Shown piece after piece: positions 25,131-37,490 of a stretch of DNA of 64,000 nucleotides (the first letter of the stretch is position 1; each line of letters opens with the position of its first letter). The stretch is taken from contig CM052817.1 in the NCBI GenBank assembly GCA_028534125.1, forward strand, positions 107,758,001-107,822,000, written 5' to 3'. Under the pieces are notes generated by a model. That model was not told the origin of the DNA and searched no databases. It worked only from the letters and a program-made list of their open reading frames with translations. This DNA is from Lama glama (lineage: Eukaryota). Position numbers and translations under genes: made by a program.

Positions 25131-25147
25131 CGCCCTCTAGTGACTCA
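25131..25147 (-). promoter_or_regulatory. Candidate CTCF motif overlapping an AP-1 site
   Basis: cgccctctagtga (reverse complement TCACTAGAGGGCG, one mismatch to the CTCF core) overlapping TGACTCA at 25141-25147. Confidence 0.4.
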
Positions 25148-25617
25148 CATTACACTTCTTTTTCTGTTCAAATCTACTTAATCTACATCTAATTAGTGTT
25201 CTGATTATTGGGCTGAACTAAATATTTATGGGTAGCCAATGTTTTAAGATTTCCAATATTTAGGTAAAACACCAATCTTACCTTAAGGTTAATCTCAAGG
25301 AATAAATTGGCTGGATTACTCACCATAACTGAAAAAATTGTTGAAAATAGAAGTTATATTGCAAGTTATTAAAATAGCAACAGTGGAAAGTGTAATTTGG
25401 CAGACTGTTTGAGGGTAGGGGCGTATAACAGTACTTAGAGGAGTCATACAAAGTTTTCACACCTTATAACATCTTACACTATATCAGAGACAGTCAGTAC
25501 CCAAGAAAGTAACTTAAGTATATTCACAAAGGTATTAGTAACTTTAATATAAATAATAGAACAAAATTAGGAATAAAGGATATATCATCTGGCCAAAATT
25601 GAGATTTTCTTTGTAGG

Positions 25618-25646
25618 GGTGTGTGTGTGTGTGTGTGTGTGTGTGT
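25618..25646. repeat. (GT)n microsatellite
   Basis: Seen directly. Confidence 0.95.
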
Positions 25647-27569
25647 ATCCCATAGTATATATATAAAATAAAATTGTGTGTCATTATGTTGCCATTTAAA
25701 ATCGAAAGTACACCAATTATGTAATTGCATGATACTCTCAATCATACAGAATAAAGAACTTAAAGTAGAAAATAAAGTAGTTAATACACAAACACGAAGA
25801 ATAATAAAATGAAAGAAAGGGTTTTGCCACTTGTAAATGAAAAGTGAATTTGTATTTGTGTGTGTGTGCACGCACTGCTTTGTTTTTACTGTGTGAATGG
25901 ATAACCTGCAAGAGAAACCCACTCCAGGAGGTGGCGTGTGCACGCGTGACGGGCTGGGCGAACTACTGTCCAATATTTCCATTTCACCTTGCTTGGATCA
26001 CAGCGGAGGCACGTGGATTTAGTGTGCTGGGCTGAGCAGACACCTGGCTGCTATGAAAAATTCATGGCCTCAGGCAAGATTTCAATCATTGCCACATTTC
26101 TAAAGGTGAAAAATAAAAGCCCACTTTTTCCACATAAATGCTCCCAAATGGTAATGTCTACACCATGATGCCCACAATGATTTAATGCAAAGGAGGGGAA
26201 AAGCTCATCTCTGGTGAATTCTAAAACTTTACATTGGTTCTACCCAAAAATTGTTCTACTTAAACTCAGAAGTCAGTATTGAACTCCAAGCACCGCCAAA
26301 CTCTCCATAAAATTCTGAAGCCAAATGGATGCATAGAACCATCCTGTCCTGTTTTCTGAAACTCACACATTCACTATTCTGGTTTTCCCTCTTGGAAATA
26401 CTCGTCAGTGACTCACGTGCTGTGTCCTTCTCCTCTTCCCTTTGGGTCGGCATTTCCCCAAGTGTTCTCCCTGTCTTTCCATTTCTATCTCTACGCTCTT
26501 ACTCTCTCAAGCCTTAATTATCTCCCTGTAGACGCCGCTACGATCAGCCTCTACAAACCACCTTTTCATCCCTTTGTCTCAGACAGGGCCTGCCAGGTGC
26601 TCCAGACTCGCTGTGCTTCCCGTGGGGAGTCTGTACTTCGCCGGCATGTGTGATACGTTCTGTTGCCTGACTACCGGCATCTCAGTAAAGAAGTGGAAAC
26701 TCACAGCCTTGTGGCATCAGCTGAAAAGGAGTGTAAGTTAGTTCCATTACAGCGCTCTACTGCGTGAAAAACAAATCAAGTGATATGGGTGTATGGAGGA
26801 GAAAGCAGGGAGAGAGGAGGTGATTTTTACTTGGGAAAATAAGAGGGCGAAAGGAAGCGTTCTCTGAGCTGGATGATAGGTTAGAGATTTGCACTCACAC
26901 ATCTCACGTCTCGGAGGAAGGAAGCAGCCGGTGGCTTCCCATGGGTGACTGTGCTCTCCAGCACCTGACGTGACTAGCCTTGAGAACTTGTGACTCAACA
27001 CGAGATTAGGTCTTGGAACCACGGCCTCTATCCACAAGGCACCTTCCATGGGTTCTCCATCCAGTACAGATTTCTTGTATGGGATTCGGATGCTCATCAA
27101 CAATCAAACTCACATTCAGAGAATTAAAATAAGGCTTTTCAGAATGAGCTGACAGACGGTATGGAGAGAAGAAATGAGACAGAAATAGGAGTAGAAGCCA
27201 CGGGACAAAACAAAATAAACTGTAAGCAACCAGGTATGTAAAACAGAAAGAGGGCAGAGGGAGGCTGGAATCAGCTCGTTGAAAGGAACGAAACAGCTGT
27301 AGATTCAGAGTCTCTGAATCGTCAGAATGGTAACACCCCAGACTCCCGTGTATCTGCAGTGTGGCCGTGGGCTTACAGCTGCCCAGACACCACACTGATG
27401 GCTGAAAGCAGCTCACGGGAAACACCCAGCAGCTCAGGATAATCCCAGACAAAGCTGAGCAGGGTCTGTCATTCCCCACCCCACGCTGGGTGCCTGCATC
27501 CCTCTGCCCCCCAGATAAAGGCACCGCCTACCACCAGCTTCCTGAATCTGAACCCATGGATTTACTCTT

Positions 27570-28220
27570 TAAAAAAAATTGGACTATAGTCAAGTTATAA
27601 TGTCATGTTAACTTCTGGTGTACAGCATAGTGATTCATTTATACACACATAGATAGATATTCTTTTTCCTATTCATTATCATTTTAGGCTATTACAAGAT
27701 ATTGAATACAGCTCCCTGTGTTGTACAGAAGAAATTCATTTTTTATCTATTTTGTGTATAGTAATGTGTATCTGCAAATCCCAAACTCCCAATTTATCCC
27801 TCCACTCCCCTCTTTCCCTCCTGGTAACTATAAATTTGTTTTCTAAGTCTGTGATTCCTTAAAAAACTGAATAGACTTATCATATTATCCAGTAAGTCCA
27901 CTCCTGGGCATGTATCCAGAGGAAACTGTAATTCAAAAAGACACCTGCACCCCAATGTTCACAGCAGCACTATTTACAATAGCCAAGACATGGAAACAGC
28001 CTAAATGTCCTTCAACAGATGACTGGATAATGAAGTTGTGGTGTATTTATACAGTGGAATACTACTCAGCCATAAAAAGGATAAAATAATGCCATTTGCG
28101 GCAACATGGATGGACCTGGAGATCGTCATTCTAAGCAAAGTTAAGTCAGACAGAGAAAGACAAGTAACGTATGATGTCACTTACATCTGATAAAGGAATC
28201 TGAAAAAGGACACAAATGAA
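27570..28220 (-). mobile_element. L1 insertion with 5' inversion
   Basis: 27570-27854 is the antisense 3'UTR; 27855-28220 is the sense ORF2 end and early 3'UTR; junction at 27854/27855. Confidence 0.88.
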
Positions 28221-28224
28221 GCTC

Positions 28225-28460
28225 CTGCTTCTACTCTCACCACCCCCCTCCCCGGCTCCCAATTCCCTCTCCACTCAGCAGTCATGTGGTCTTTATGAAA
28301 ATGTAAATTTGATTATTTTACTCACTAAAAAAATAAAGCCCTGCCAAGGCTGCCAGTCACACTTAACGGAAAATCCTCACTCCTCGCCCTCACTGCAGAG
28401 CCTCAGCCATCTCACTCTGTGACCTCGGTGGGCCTGACGGCACCACATGCCAGCTTCAGG
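28225..28460 (+). mobile_element. L2 fragment
   Basis: ctccactcagcagtcatgtggtctttatgaaaatgtaaatttgatt... resembles L2. Confidence 0.45.
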
Positions 28461-30085
28461 TCTCCCGCCCACCCCGCAGACAACACAAACAGGGCAGAAA
28501 TTCAACACGACGACTTTTGTCTAACAGACACAATGGACGATTGATCATTGATAAAACTATTAGCAAATCTAAGCCAGGTGGATGCCAATACCGCCATCTC
28601 TGGTTGTTTGTACCTCTGATCAGTAGGGTTGGTGCTCTGTGTCACTGATTATTTCCAAAGTTTATAAGATGATTTGGAATTCCTAGCTCCCTGGTTGTAT
28701 CTCATCCCCTGGTCCTTGAAGGCTTTGGGGAGCTTCGGCGGCCACGCACAGGAAGCACTGTTTCTCATGGACCAACGCTGACCTTTGGTTCAGCTCTGAT
28801 AACAGTTACTTTTGCATTATCTTCTAGAGTCAGAAGAGACCCCACCCAGGTCTTGCTTCTTCCCTCCTGTCTTCTCTGCTCCCTCCGGAGGATGTCAAGC
28901 TGTGCTGACAACTCCAAAGCCTGGCTCTCTGCTGGCAGACCGCCCTGGGGTCCGACAGCTGTCTCCACGGGCTTCTGATTACACCTGGTACCTGGATTTC
29001 CTGTTCTCATGTAACATCCGCTGGTTGAGGGAGTCTGTTTCACCTTGCTAACCTGCCCTGTAGCGGGGGGCAGGTCATTTAAGGATGGGTTTGGTTGCAA
29101 GTCCCCGAGAAGACTTCTCAGAGTAAACTCAATAGAAAGCATTTTAATTTTGTTCCCAAATCACAAGAAGCCTGGAGACAGATGATGCCTGATTCTGCAT
29201 CAGGACTCAGAGTGTCCAAACCAGTCTTTTCCACCAGAGTTGTAGGAACTCAGCCCAAGGCACTGAGGCAGGACAAAAGAGTCAGGTTTTTGAAAATAAT
29301 TCTTGCTTGACTTGGTTTCTCCCTGTTGTCTGTATTTTTACTTGACAGTTTGAAAAGCTAAATCTATGAAAAATGTTTAAAGGCAAGTGGGTATTTGTAC
29401 ATTCAATAGGCGTTTTATTGGAGAACTGCTTGCCTATTAATGTGTAGCTTCTTTAAAATGATGCTCTGAAATGTGCTCTCACTGACGGGTTAGACTGCTG
29501 TTGCTCATTGAGTCTCTAAGTCTTGGTTTTTTCAACCCAGCAGAAAATTTGTCTTCAAAATTCCTTTCCATGGCTAAGAGTATAATTCATGTAAGAACAA
29601 TCTCTCCTCATGACAAACTGACACCAGTTAAGATGAAACACTTGAGAGGTACCTCAAACAAATTTATGTCTCTTTTGGCTTAAAAAAAATCAATCCTGAC
29701 GCATGTTCACTCTTGGCTCATTCACTATTCTTTCCATTAATTTATTTATTGGATTTATGAAGAGCTTTCTCCTCCACTAACTGGATTTAATTTCCTTCAG
29801 CTCTGTGGCTGTCATAGTTCATATCTGTCTGTCGAAGGGATCAAGCCTGGTCAGGTTCAATTTGGGGAGAATCCAAACCCCCTGTTTTCCTCCCACACAC
29901 AGATGCTGATGACTGGAAGGCGATGAAGGCTTCACATACGTCCAGACTACTCTGAACTCAAAGACCCCCCTGTTCTGATTAATTGTCCCAAGAAGCAAAG
30001 TGGATCTGGATCGTAAACTTACAGGTTTTAGGCACTTTCCTCTTTTCCTTTTTGATTCCATCTGCTTGTAAGAGCAAACGTCATC

Positions 30086-30407
30086 CAAATGAACATAAAT
30101 ACAAAACAGAAACAGACTCATAGACATAGAATACAAACTTGTGGTTGCCAAGGGGGCGGGCGGTGGGAAGGGACAGACTGAGATTTCAAAATCTGTAGAT
30201 ACTGACAGGCATATGCAGGATAGATAAACAAGATTATACTGTACAGCACAGGGAAATATATACAAGATCTTGTGGTAGCTCACAGTGAAAAAGAATGCGA
30301 CAATGAATATATGTATGTTCATGTATGACTGAAAAACTTGTGCTCTACACTGGAAATTGACACAAAGTTGTAAACTGACTATAATTCAATAAAAAAAATT
30401 TTTTAAA
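30086..30407 (+). mobile_element. Young truncated L1 3' end
   Basis: Perfect 16-bp TSD aagagcaaacgtcatc (30070-30085, 30408-30423); closely similar to 44290-44600. Confidence 0.95.
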
Positions 30408-31285
30408 AAGAGCAAACGTCATCACTCCGCATATATATTAACAAAAGTCTGCAAGGCAAAATGTGAGCTGCGCTCAGGGGTGATTCACTTCCTCTCTGTA
30501 GTTGAAAGAAACTATACTTTACATTCTCTAAAGGGAAGGCTTGATATTTGCTTTCATGGTCTAAATAGATGAAGCCAAAGTGGCTCTTTCCCAGCAATTT
30601 ACACCTGCCCAGGACAGAGCAGGGACTCCAGAAGCTTCCGGTTAACAGCGAGCGGCTAAGATGTGCTGAGTCGTGGAAAGAGGCAGAGCCCGGGTGGGAA
30701 TGAGCAGATGGGGTGTACAGAGCTGTATAACTGGACACAAGTGGCTGGAACCACAGGTTCTAACAGAAGGGACCAGCAAATCACTCTCAGATGGGAGAAG
30801 GAGACTGAAACATCAGAAGCCGCAGGTTCAGACCGCATACACCGCCCTGCAGTGGAGCCCGCAGTGGGGTGCGGTGAGGGGGTGGTTGGAGAGGCCCTGT
30901 TGCTCACTGTGGGCTTCTGGTTCCCACTGAAGGTGGCTTCTTGTAAACATCTTTGAGTTTGTACAAGTGTGTACTTCTCACCAACGGAGAGACGGTGGTG
31001 CTGTGGAGGGGGTGTCCCGACACGCAGGTGTCTCTATGGGGCACAATACTTAGATCCTGTTTTTCCAGTGTTGTTCTAAACTCCCAGTTACTTGGGGGCA
31101 CTCAGGGTTCAGGAGCAGGTGACACAGGCCTGAACAGGAAACAGTCCTGCTGTCCCGGAAAGGCCAAATCAACTAAACTTAGACAGACTGGTGTGTTTAC
31201 ACAAACATGGACAGTCTATAACGCCCGACTTCGTCTGGCCCCCAAACTGTCCCCTTTACTCCCAAATTCAAGCATGCCTGCTGGC

Positions 31286-31442
31286 GGGGATGGTGTAGCT
31301 CAGTGGTGCAGCACGTGCTTAGCATGCCCGAGGTCAGGCGCTCAATCCTCAGTAAGTCCATTGAAATTAAAAAAATAAATAAGCAAACGAACCCAATCCC
31401 CTCCAACACAGACAAAAGGGAAAAAAATATATATTTTAAAAA
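31286..31442 (+). mobile_element. Camelid tRNA-derived SINE (Vic-1-like, long tail form)
   Basis: A box tagctcagtgg, degenerate B box, A-rich tail, TSD-like atgcctgct/atgcctact. Confidence 0.85.
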
Positions 31443-31794
31443 ATGCCTACTACAAGGAATGGTGTGGAGACAGAAATCTTTATTGCTTATTTATATAGAT
31501 GAAAGTTCATAATGCTTATAATAGGCTAGGAATTTATGTTACACACCATCAAAGTGTCAATTCTAAGATCCTTTATTTTCATGTAGCAGAATGTTTGGGT
31601 AATGAAGTTTCACTAGAGAACAATAAAAAAATGAATTAAACGGCCATGGCTGGTGACAGTTTACGAATCTGCTTTTCTCTTTCTCTTACTAGTTTTGCTA
31701 CTAGTTAATAATGCCCTGGAGGTGGGGCGGGGGTGGAGGGAGCATGATTTTTGCTTTTAGGGCGTTGAAATGGTAAGATTTGTGAGCTGTGAAC

Positions 31795-31921
31795 CAGGTG
31801 ATCGTATAATTAATTTATCATACAAAGCAATTCACTTGAAGAACAAAAGGGAATGCTGTTAAAACTCACACAAGGGGCTTAAGCTGGGTCTTTTTGGTAA
31901 AGTAGGGTGTGTTCTTACCCT
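31795..31921. mobile_element. hAT-Blackjack MITE (MER94-like), degraded
   Basis: ggtgatcgtataattaatttatcatacaaa...aaaagggaatgctgttaa...ttaccct resembles the recalled MER94 consensus. Confidence 0.4.
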
Positions 31922-32109
31922 TTGGTCTCCTGAATACCTCTATGGAAATAATCAGCATGTATACAGGAATTTCTTATAGAGGAGTAACTCATGGTCTTTA
32001 AAATTTTCCTCAGGGCACTGCATTCTCAACTCTGTCCAACCTCACGTCTAGGTTCAATTTGCCAACTGGAATTTTTTTTTCTGGGGTTGGATTTGAAAGG
32101 CCTACAGGC

Positions 32110-32790
32110 AGTTTTGTAACGCGTTATGGGTTTTGAAGTCTCCGCCGTGCACAAGTCCTCTTCCACCAACCTGACTTTTGAAGGACGGAAGGAAGAAAGG
32201 GAGGGGCAGAGGGATGGAGACAGGGAGGGAGGGAGGGAGGGAATGAGGGAGGAGGACGATGGGAGGAAGTCAAGAGTCAGCCGCGCGGTGCAAGAACCCA
32301 GGCACGCTGCAGTGTGTCCGGCAGAAAGCGTAGCCGCTTGGCTGAAACAGGACGACGTCTTCTCAGGCTGAGGCAGAACCTCAGAGATAACTCGGCAGGA
32401 GGAGTCCCGTCTCTCTCGGGGGACCATAATGGTGCTTTTTTGCTTTCCAGGGGCTGGGAGCCCCCAGATATTCGGCTCTGAGCCGCTAGAGGGCGAGCGA
32501 GGACCGGGGAGGAAAGAGCCTTAAGGAAGCGCATCCTCTCCCTGCCTCCGTGCCTCCCTGCCTCCCGGTTTCCCTGCCTCCCGGCTTCCCGCCCCCGCTC
32601 CATCAATCACACTACCTGAGGAAGAGGAGAGGAGGCAGGGGCAGGGGCAGGGGAGAACTAGGATGCAAAACAGCGGTTATGGGGAAAAGGCACTTCTCCT
32701 TCCAGTACTGAAGTCAAGGGAAGAGGGAAGGACCGTTTCAGCGCATCCTGAAAAGAGCAGAAGACGGGGACATTCTCCGCTTCTATAGGA
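32110..32790. promoter_or_regulatory. CpG-rich promoter- or insulator-like segment
   Basis: Highest local CpG and GC density in the window by eye, no recognisable repeat; CTCF motif, GC box (cccgccccc ~32588) and G-tracts. Confidence 0.55.
32483..32495 (+). promoter_or_regulatory. CTCF core motif
   Basis: CCGCTAGAGGGCG matches the CCRSYAGRKGGCR core. Confidence 0.6.
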
Positions 32791-34515
32791 TGAATTCTAG
32801 GGGCTGTAACAATTTTTCAAGTTGACAATGATAAGAATTCCTCCTCCTCCCTTATTTCTGGGGGGCAAATGACCAACTATACAAAATGGATTTTTCAGGG
32901 TCTAAGAAAATGAGACTACCGAGTGAATTGAGTTGTAATCATAGATTTGCAACCACATAGCTCTTATATTTTGAGCTCTTTCCTCTGGTACTTTTTGTTG
33001 TAATAATAGAATTCTATGTATGAGACTTAGATAATTAAAACTCCCCTCTTTCTGTCTTTTCCTCCTGGTGAATAGTTCAAAGACCTAATTATTTTGCTCC
33101 AGAAAGAGCAGGTCACCGATAGTGACAGCGACTGAGTTTCTATTGTTACAGCTGATTTTATTTTAATTCACCACATAAAACAAGATGAGATTATATATCT
33201 TAGCAAAAATGCTTTCTTTCCCATTTTGCTTTTTCCCTCCCCAAAGAACAAGTCATTTTTGTGACTAATATGTTCTACTGTATCATCCTGAAAATTCAAA
33301 AATTTTTCAGCTTCTAGATGTATTTTTAGTATCAAGGCGTTTGTCTGTTAGTACAGCATATGCTTGAGAGAATTATGGAGAGAGCGTTTTGTTCGGGTAC
33401 AGAAACGAATCTGATGAAAAGACTCGCCCTTTTAGGGAGAAATATCAGTTCCTGTCACTAGTTTTTAGACTGTGTATATATTTGGCCTTTTTATTCACCT
33501 ATTACTTAAAATTTAAGACATTGCTGGGCACTATTGGGAAAAAAAAGTGCTGCTAGATTTTCCAGAATAGGTTTCAAATTTACAAAGGAAAAAAGAGTAG
33601 GAAGGAATTTGTCTATGTGAATCCTTGCTTGGAGTAATAGCTTTATTCTGCAAATGATGTCTGTCAATTGCTTTTTTTTTTCTAAGTGGAATCGTATCTT
33701 TTATTTGATTTAAATGAAAATTTCGGAGATACATTGGCCTAGTTATTTGTCAGAGATTTCTAACATGTAACTTTGAGGTTTTCTGTCTGGGAAGCAAACA
33801 ATCTCCTATGCGCCCAACGGTTACTGTTGAGTGAAAGGACTCGGGAAATTTGCTTTCAAAATTAAAAAAAAAAAACAGTAATCCTTATTTATCTCTTTTG
33901 TAAATGTAGGCTTCTGTTCTTAGTTTTCTGGAAGTGTTTTCTACCTCTTTATACTGTTTGATCAAGGATCATGCTCATTGAACGCATCTGAAGGGTTACT
34001 ATAGATAAATAGCGACCTTAATTAAAATAGCACATTTCATCTTTAAAGAGCCAGATTTTCCAAGAGTTCATTTGTAATGTTCTGAACAATTTTATAGTTC
34101 TGTATCTATGTAAATGGGGGACATTTCCAAAAGGAAAGCATTTTCTGGGCTGTCCATTCAATGACTGTTGGCTGGGTTTGTTCTTTTCCCCTGGTACATA
34201 GAAACTGACTGTTGAAATAATTTTACCAGGGAGGCAAACGCTGTTGGTCAACGTTATCTTTTCTGGGACTGAGACATTTGGGGCTTGGAAGAGCAATCTT
34301 CAAAGTTAGTGTACTTGTTTTAACTTTCTAAAATAGCAACCTATTACTTGAAGAAAGGAAGACAGAGTTTCAAGGCTCTTGAGCAAAATAGAAATGTTTT
34401 GGGTCTACTTATTCTCTGGTACTTGTGCCTCCAGAGAATTTGGAATATGTGAACACTGGATACGACAAATTGAAATATACAAGAGAGATTTTATCGTCAG
34501 TCACATCTATTTTTA

Positions 34516-34640
34516 TTTATTTATTTTTTGGGGGGCAACTGGGTTTATGTATTTATTTTTAGAGGAGGCACTGGGGGTTGAACCCAGGACCTCGTGCATG
34601 CCAACCATGCGTTCTGCCTCTTGAGCTATACCCTCTCCCC
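34516..34640 (-). mobile_element. Camelid tRNA-derived SINE (Vic-1-like)
   Basis: Reverse-complement A and B boxes; TSD catctattttta (34504-34515, 34646-34657). Confidence 0.9.
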
Positions 34641-34900
34641 ACCTGCATCTATTTTTAGATAAAATTGCCTTAAATAAACAGCTTCTACAATTTTGCAAAT
34701 GTCAATCTAATATAATTTTGCAAAGCTGAACTAAGATTCTATGATTTAAAATTCTAGCGTAGTAGCTTGTGCATCTTCTGTATTCAGACTGAAGTTATCA
34801 GGTATTGAATGGAATCATCACAGTATAAAAGCAGAACCAATTGTCATGCAAAGACTTGTTTCTCCCTTTACCAAGGTGGCCTCAAAGATGCTGTGAGCGA

Positions 34901-34928
<28 letters not shown>
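34901..34928. repeat. (GT)n microsatellite
   Basis: Seen directly. Confidence 0.95.
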
Positions 34929-34931
<3 letters not shown>

Positions 34932-35234
34932 GTGAGATTCTCTACAAAACTGACCCAGAGAAAGATGAGTAATAATGCATGTATTCATGCAATAGGTCAC
35001 TAGTTAGACACCAGTTTTTACCAGTATGCTAATATTATTTCTACAAGTAAAACTCATACTGAGCCATAATATGCAATATTGTATTTATACAATTCGGGGA
35101 GTTTTTATTATGCCACTTGATACTGAAGGGGTACAAACATTTTAAGATTTATTTATATGATACACGTAAGAGTTTCAGCCCCGCTGAGAACAGGTAATAC
35201 ACATGGGCTGAGAGAAAAGGCAAACGATAGAAGT

Positions 35235-35435
35235 AATCATCACGCCTGCTGACCTAGGCCTTGTTCTACGTGCTTTATCAGTGCTGACTTCTCGCACAGC
35301 TTTATAAGGTACTGCAGTTACCCTCATCTTCCAAACGAGTAAACCAAGGAACAGAGAGACTGGTTAAATTATCCAAGGTAACACAGCCAACTGATGGAGA
35401 AGCCAGAGTACAAACCCAGACACTGTGGCCCCAGA
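35235..35435 (-). mobile_element. MIR SINE
   Basis: ccctcatcttccaaacgagtaaaccaagg...ggttaaattatccaaggtaacacagc...aaacccagac matches antisense MIR. Confidence 0.7.
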
Positions 35436-37316
35436 GATGATGTTCATCGCAGCTCCGCCCCCCTCTCCTGGTCTGAGGAGATCCCAGGAGGACTTGTGCT
35501 GGCCTTCAAGGTCAAGGGCTTGCATCAGAGTCACAGCAGCGACATTCACTGTGGGAATGGTTAACCAGCTGAGTCAGCATTTGGGTGGGCAATTCGTACT
35601 GCCTCCCTTTCATGCCTACCCTGCGTTCACACTTTAATGGTCATTCAGTTAAATTAATTGCTTCATGTTTATGTTTTTTTAAAATTTCATCTAATTTTTA
35701 AATTCTGAAATTTCTCCTATCTACCCATTTTGAGAAGGACCTAATATTGTTTGATGCTTTAACTAGATAGATTACACACCCAATTTTGATTGTAGTTATA
35801 AAAAGGAAGCAAACCTTTTTTAGCTGTCACTGACTGAAAAACCTTGAAGAAAAAGTCTCATTTCTGTCCACTCGTTAATCACAAGGAAAGGTACAGCTAG
35901 GCCTCTTCTGATTATTTAAGTCATTGACTGTCTTGGGATAACATGATAGTGGACTTTTTCGGTGCTTCATCGAATTTTGTGGATCTCAAAGGTCAACATG
36001 ATGAAATCACTCATTCAAAAACTTCCGTCAGCAATACAAAGCATTGTTTGGTACGGTTATTTGGTAGAGTTCAATATGAGAAACATTGTTAGTGTATATT
36101 GCTTTTATGTAAGTCAAAATTGTGCAGGAATAGTCAATTTACTTTGGTTTTATATTGAATAATTAGGTGAAAAATAGGATTAGTGTAAGCAGATGAAAGT
36201 CAGTAAATCAAGCCGTGGGTAAAATTTTTTTTTTCTTGTCCTGTGCCCTGAATATTTTACATAACATTGAGCATTTGCAAGGCATTTTTTTCTTATAAAT
36301 TATTTTTATTTCTCAACAATCTAGTTTTCTTTTGGCTGATAGGAAGTTTAGAGACACGTTTGCTTTGCAGTCGTAGAAAGGATATAACATTGTGAGTTGC
36401 TTTCACCTGCTCTCTGTCCTGACCTTCTGTTATCTGATTTAGCATTTCTGTTGCTCTAATTCTTTTGATCTCTGACAGGTGTATTTTCTAGGCTTCACAG
36501 ACGGATATAGAGTCGGGTACAAATGATAATAAGGACAACATTTAGCCTTGCTCACTGTTTTTTGGGTGGTTTTTATTTTGGCTCTAACTTCGATTTCATA
36601 TTCAGACTCTCATTGGGGCTGAAAGATAGGGGAAGACATAAACTTTGAGATGATGCAAAAAAAACATACATCATTCATTTTCTTTATCCTTCAGAGCCTC
36701 TTGACTTCATGGGCCACCGAGAGTCACAGCTATGAAATCTGATTCCTTCTTAAATATTGTAATCGTCAAGGTTTGCAGTGGGAGGAGGGGGAGTAAGTGG
36801 ATCTGAAAATCTCATCAGTGTCGGGAAAACGCACTACTTCCACGTGGTGCCCCAGCTTCCACTACTCACCTTCCACTACTAACCTGGGGGGACGCCAGCT
36901 GTGATTTTATGAAGGTTTGGAGCCAGATTCGGAGCCCCAGGCACACCTGGTTCTGATGCCCAGCGGCGGTGGTGGCTGATGGCAGGCTCTATCATGATGT
37001 CTCCGGGAGCACCTCCCCTGCCACTGGGTCCTGCCCACGTGGCTACTTTTCCAGATGCTGAGAACGTGCATTTGAAGATGCATAATTCAATGGAAACTTC
37101 TCCAGGAGACTCGGCGACCAGCGGCCATCATTGTAGTTGGCGCTGGCAGTTACCTACGTGACAGACTTCTCTTCTCCCATTCCAGGATTTAAACATTTAA
37201 TAACATCAGTACTGAGCTTCTATTATTATTCCCTGCCAGCCCATTATGGCACATTTCGTGAGTGACTGTGTTCCATTAAAATCTCACACACACGCATGCA
37301 TGCGCGCCCACACAGA

Positions 37317-37490
37317 GTTCCTGTCCTCATGGAGCTTGTGTTGAAGGCAGAAGATAGAAAATTAACCAAATAAGAAACTAAGGTAATTACCAGTTTTAAA
37401 AAGTGCTCAGAAAGAAGCTTACAGGTGCTGTTAACAGAGAGTAACGGGAGGATGGGGGCCGGATAGACCTCCAAGGATGGTCTCCATCAG
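37317..37490 (-). mobile_element. L2 fragment
   Basis: Hallmark word gttcctgtcctcatggagctt. Confidence 0.5.
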
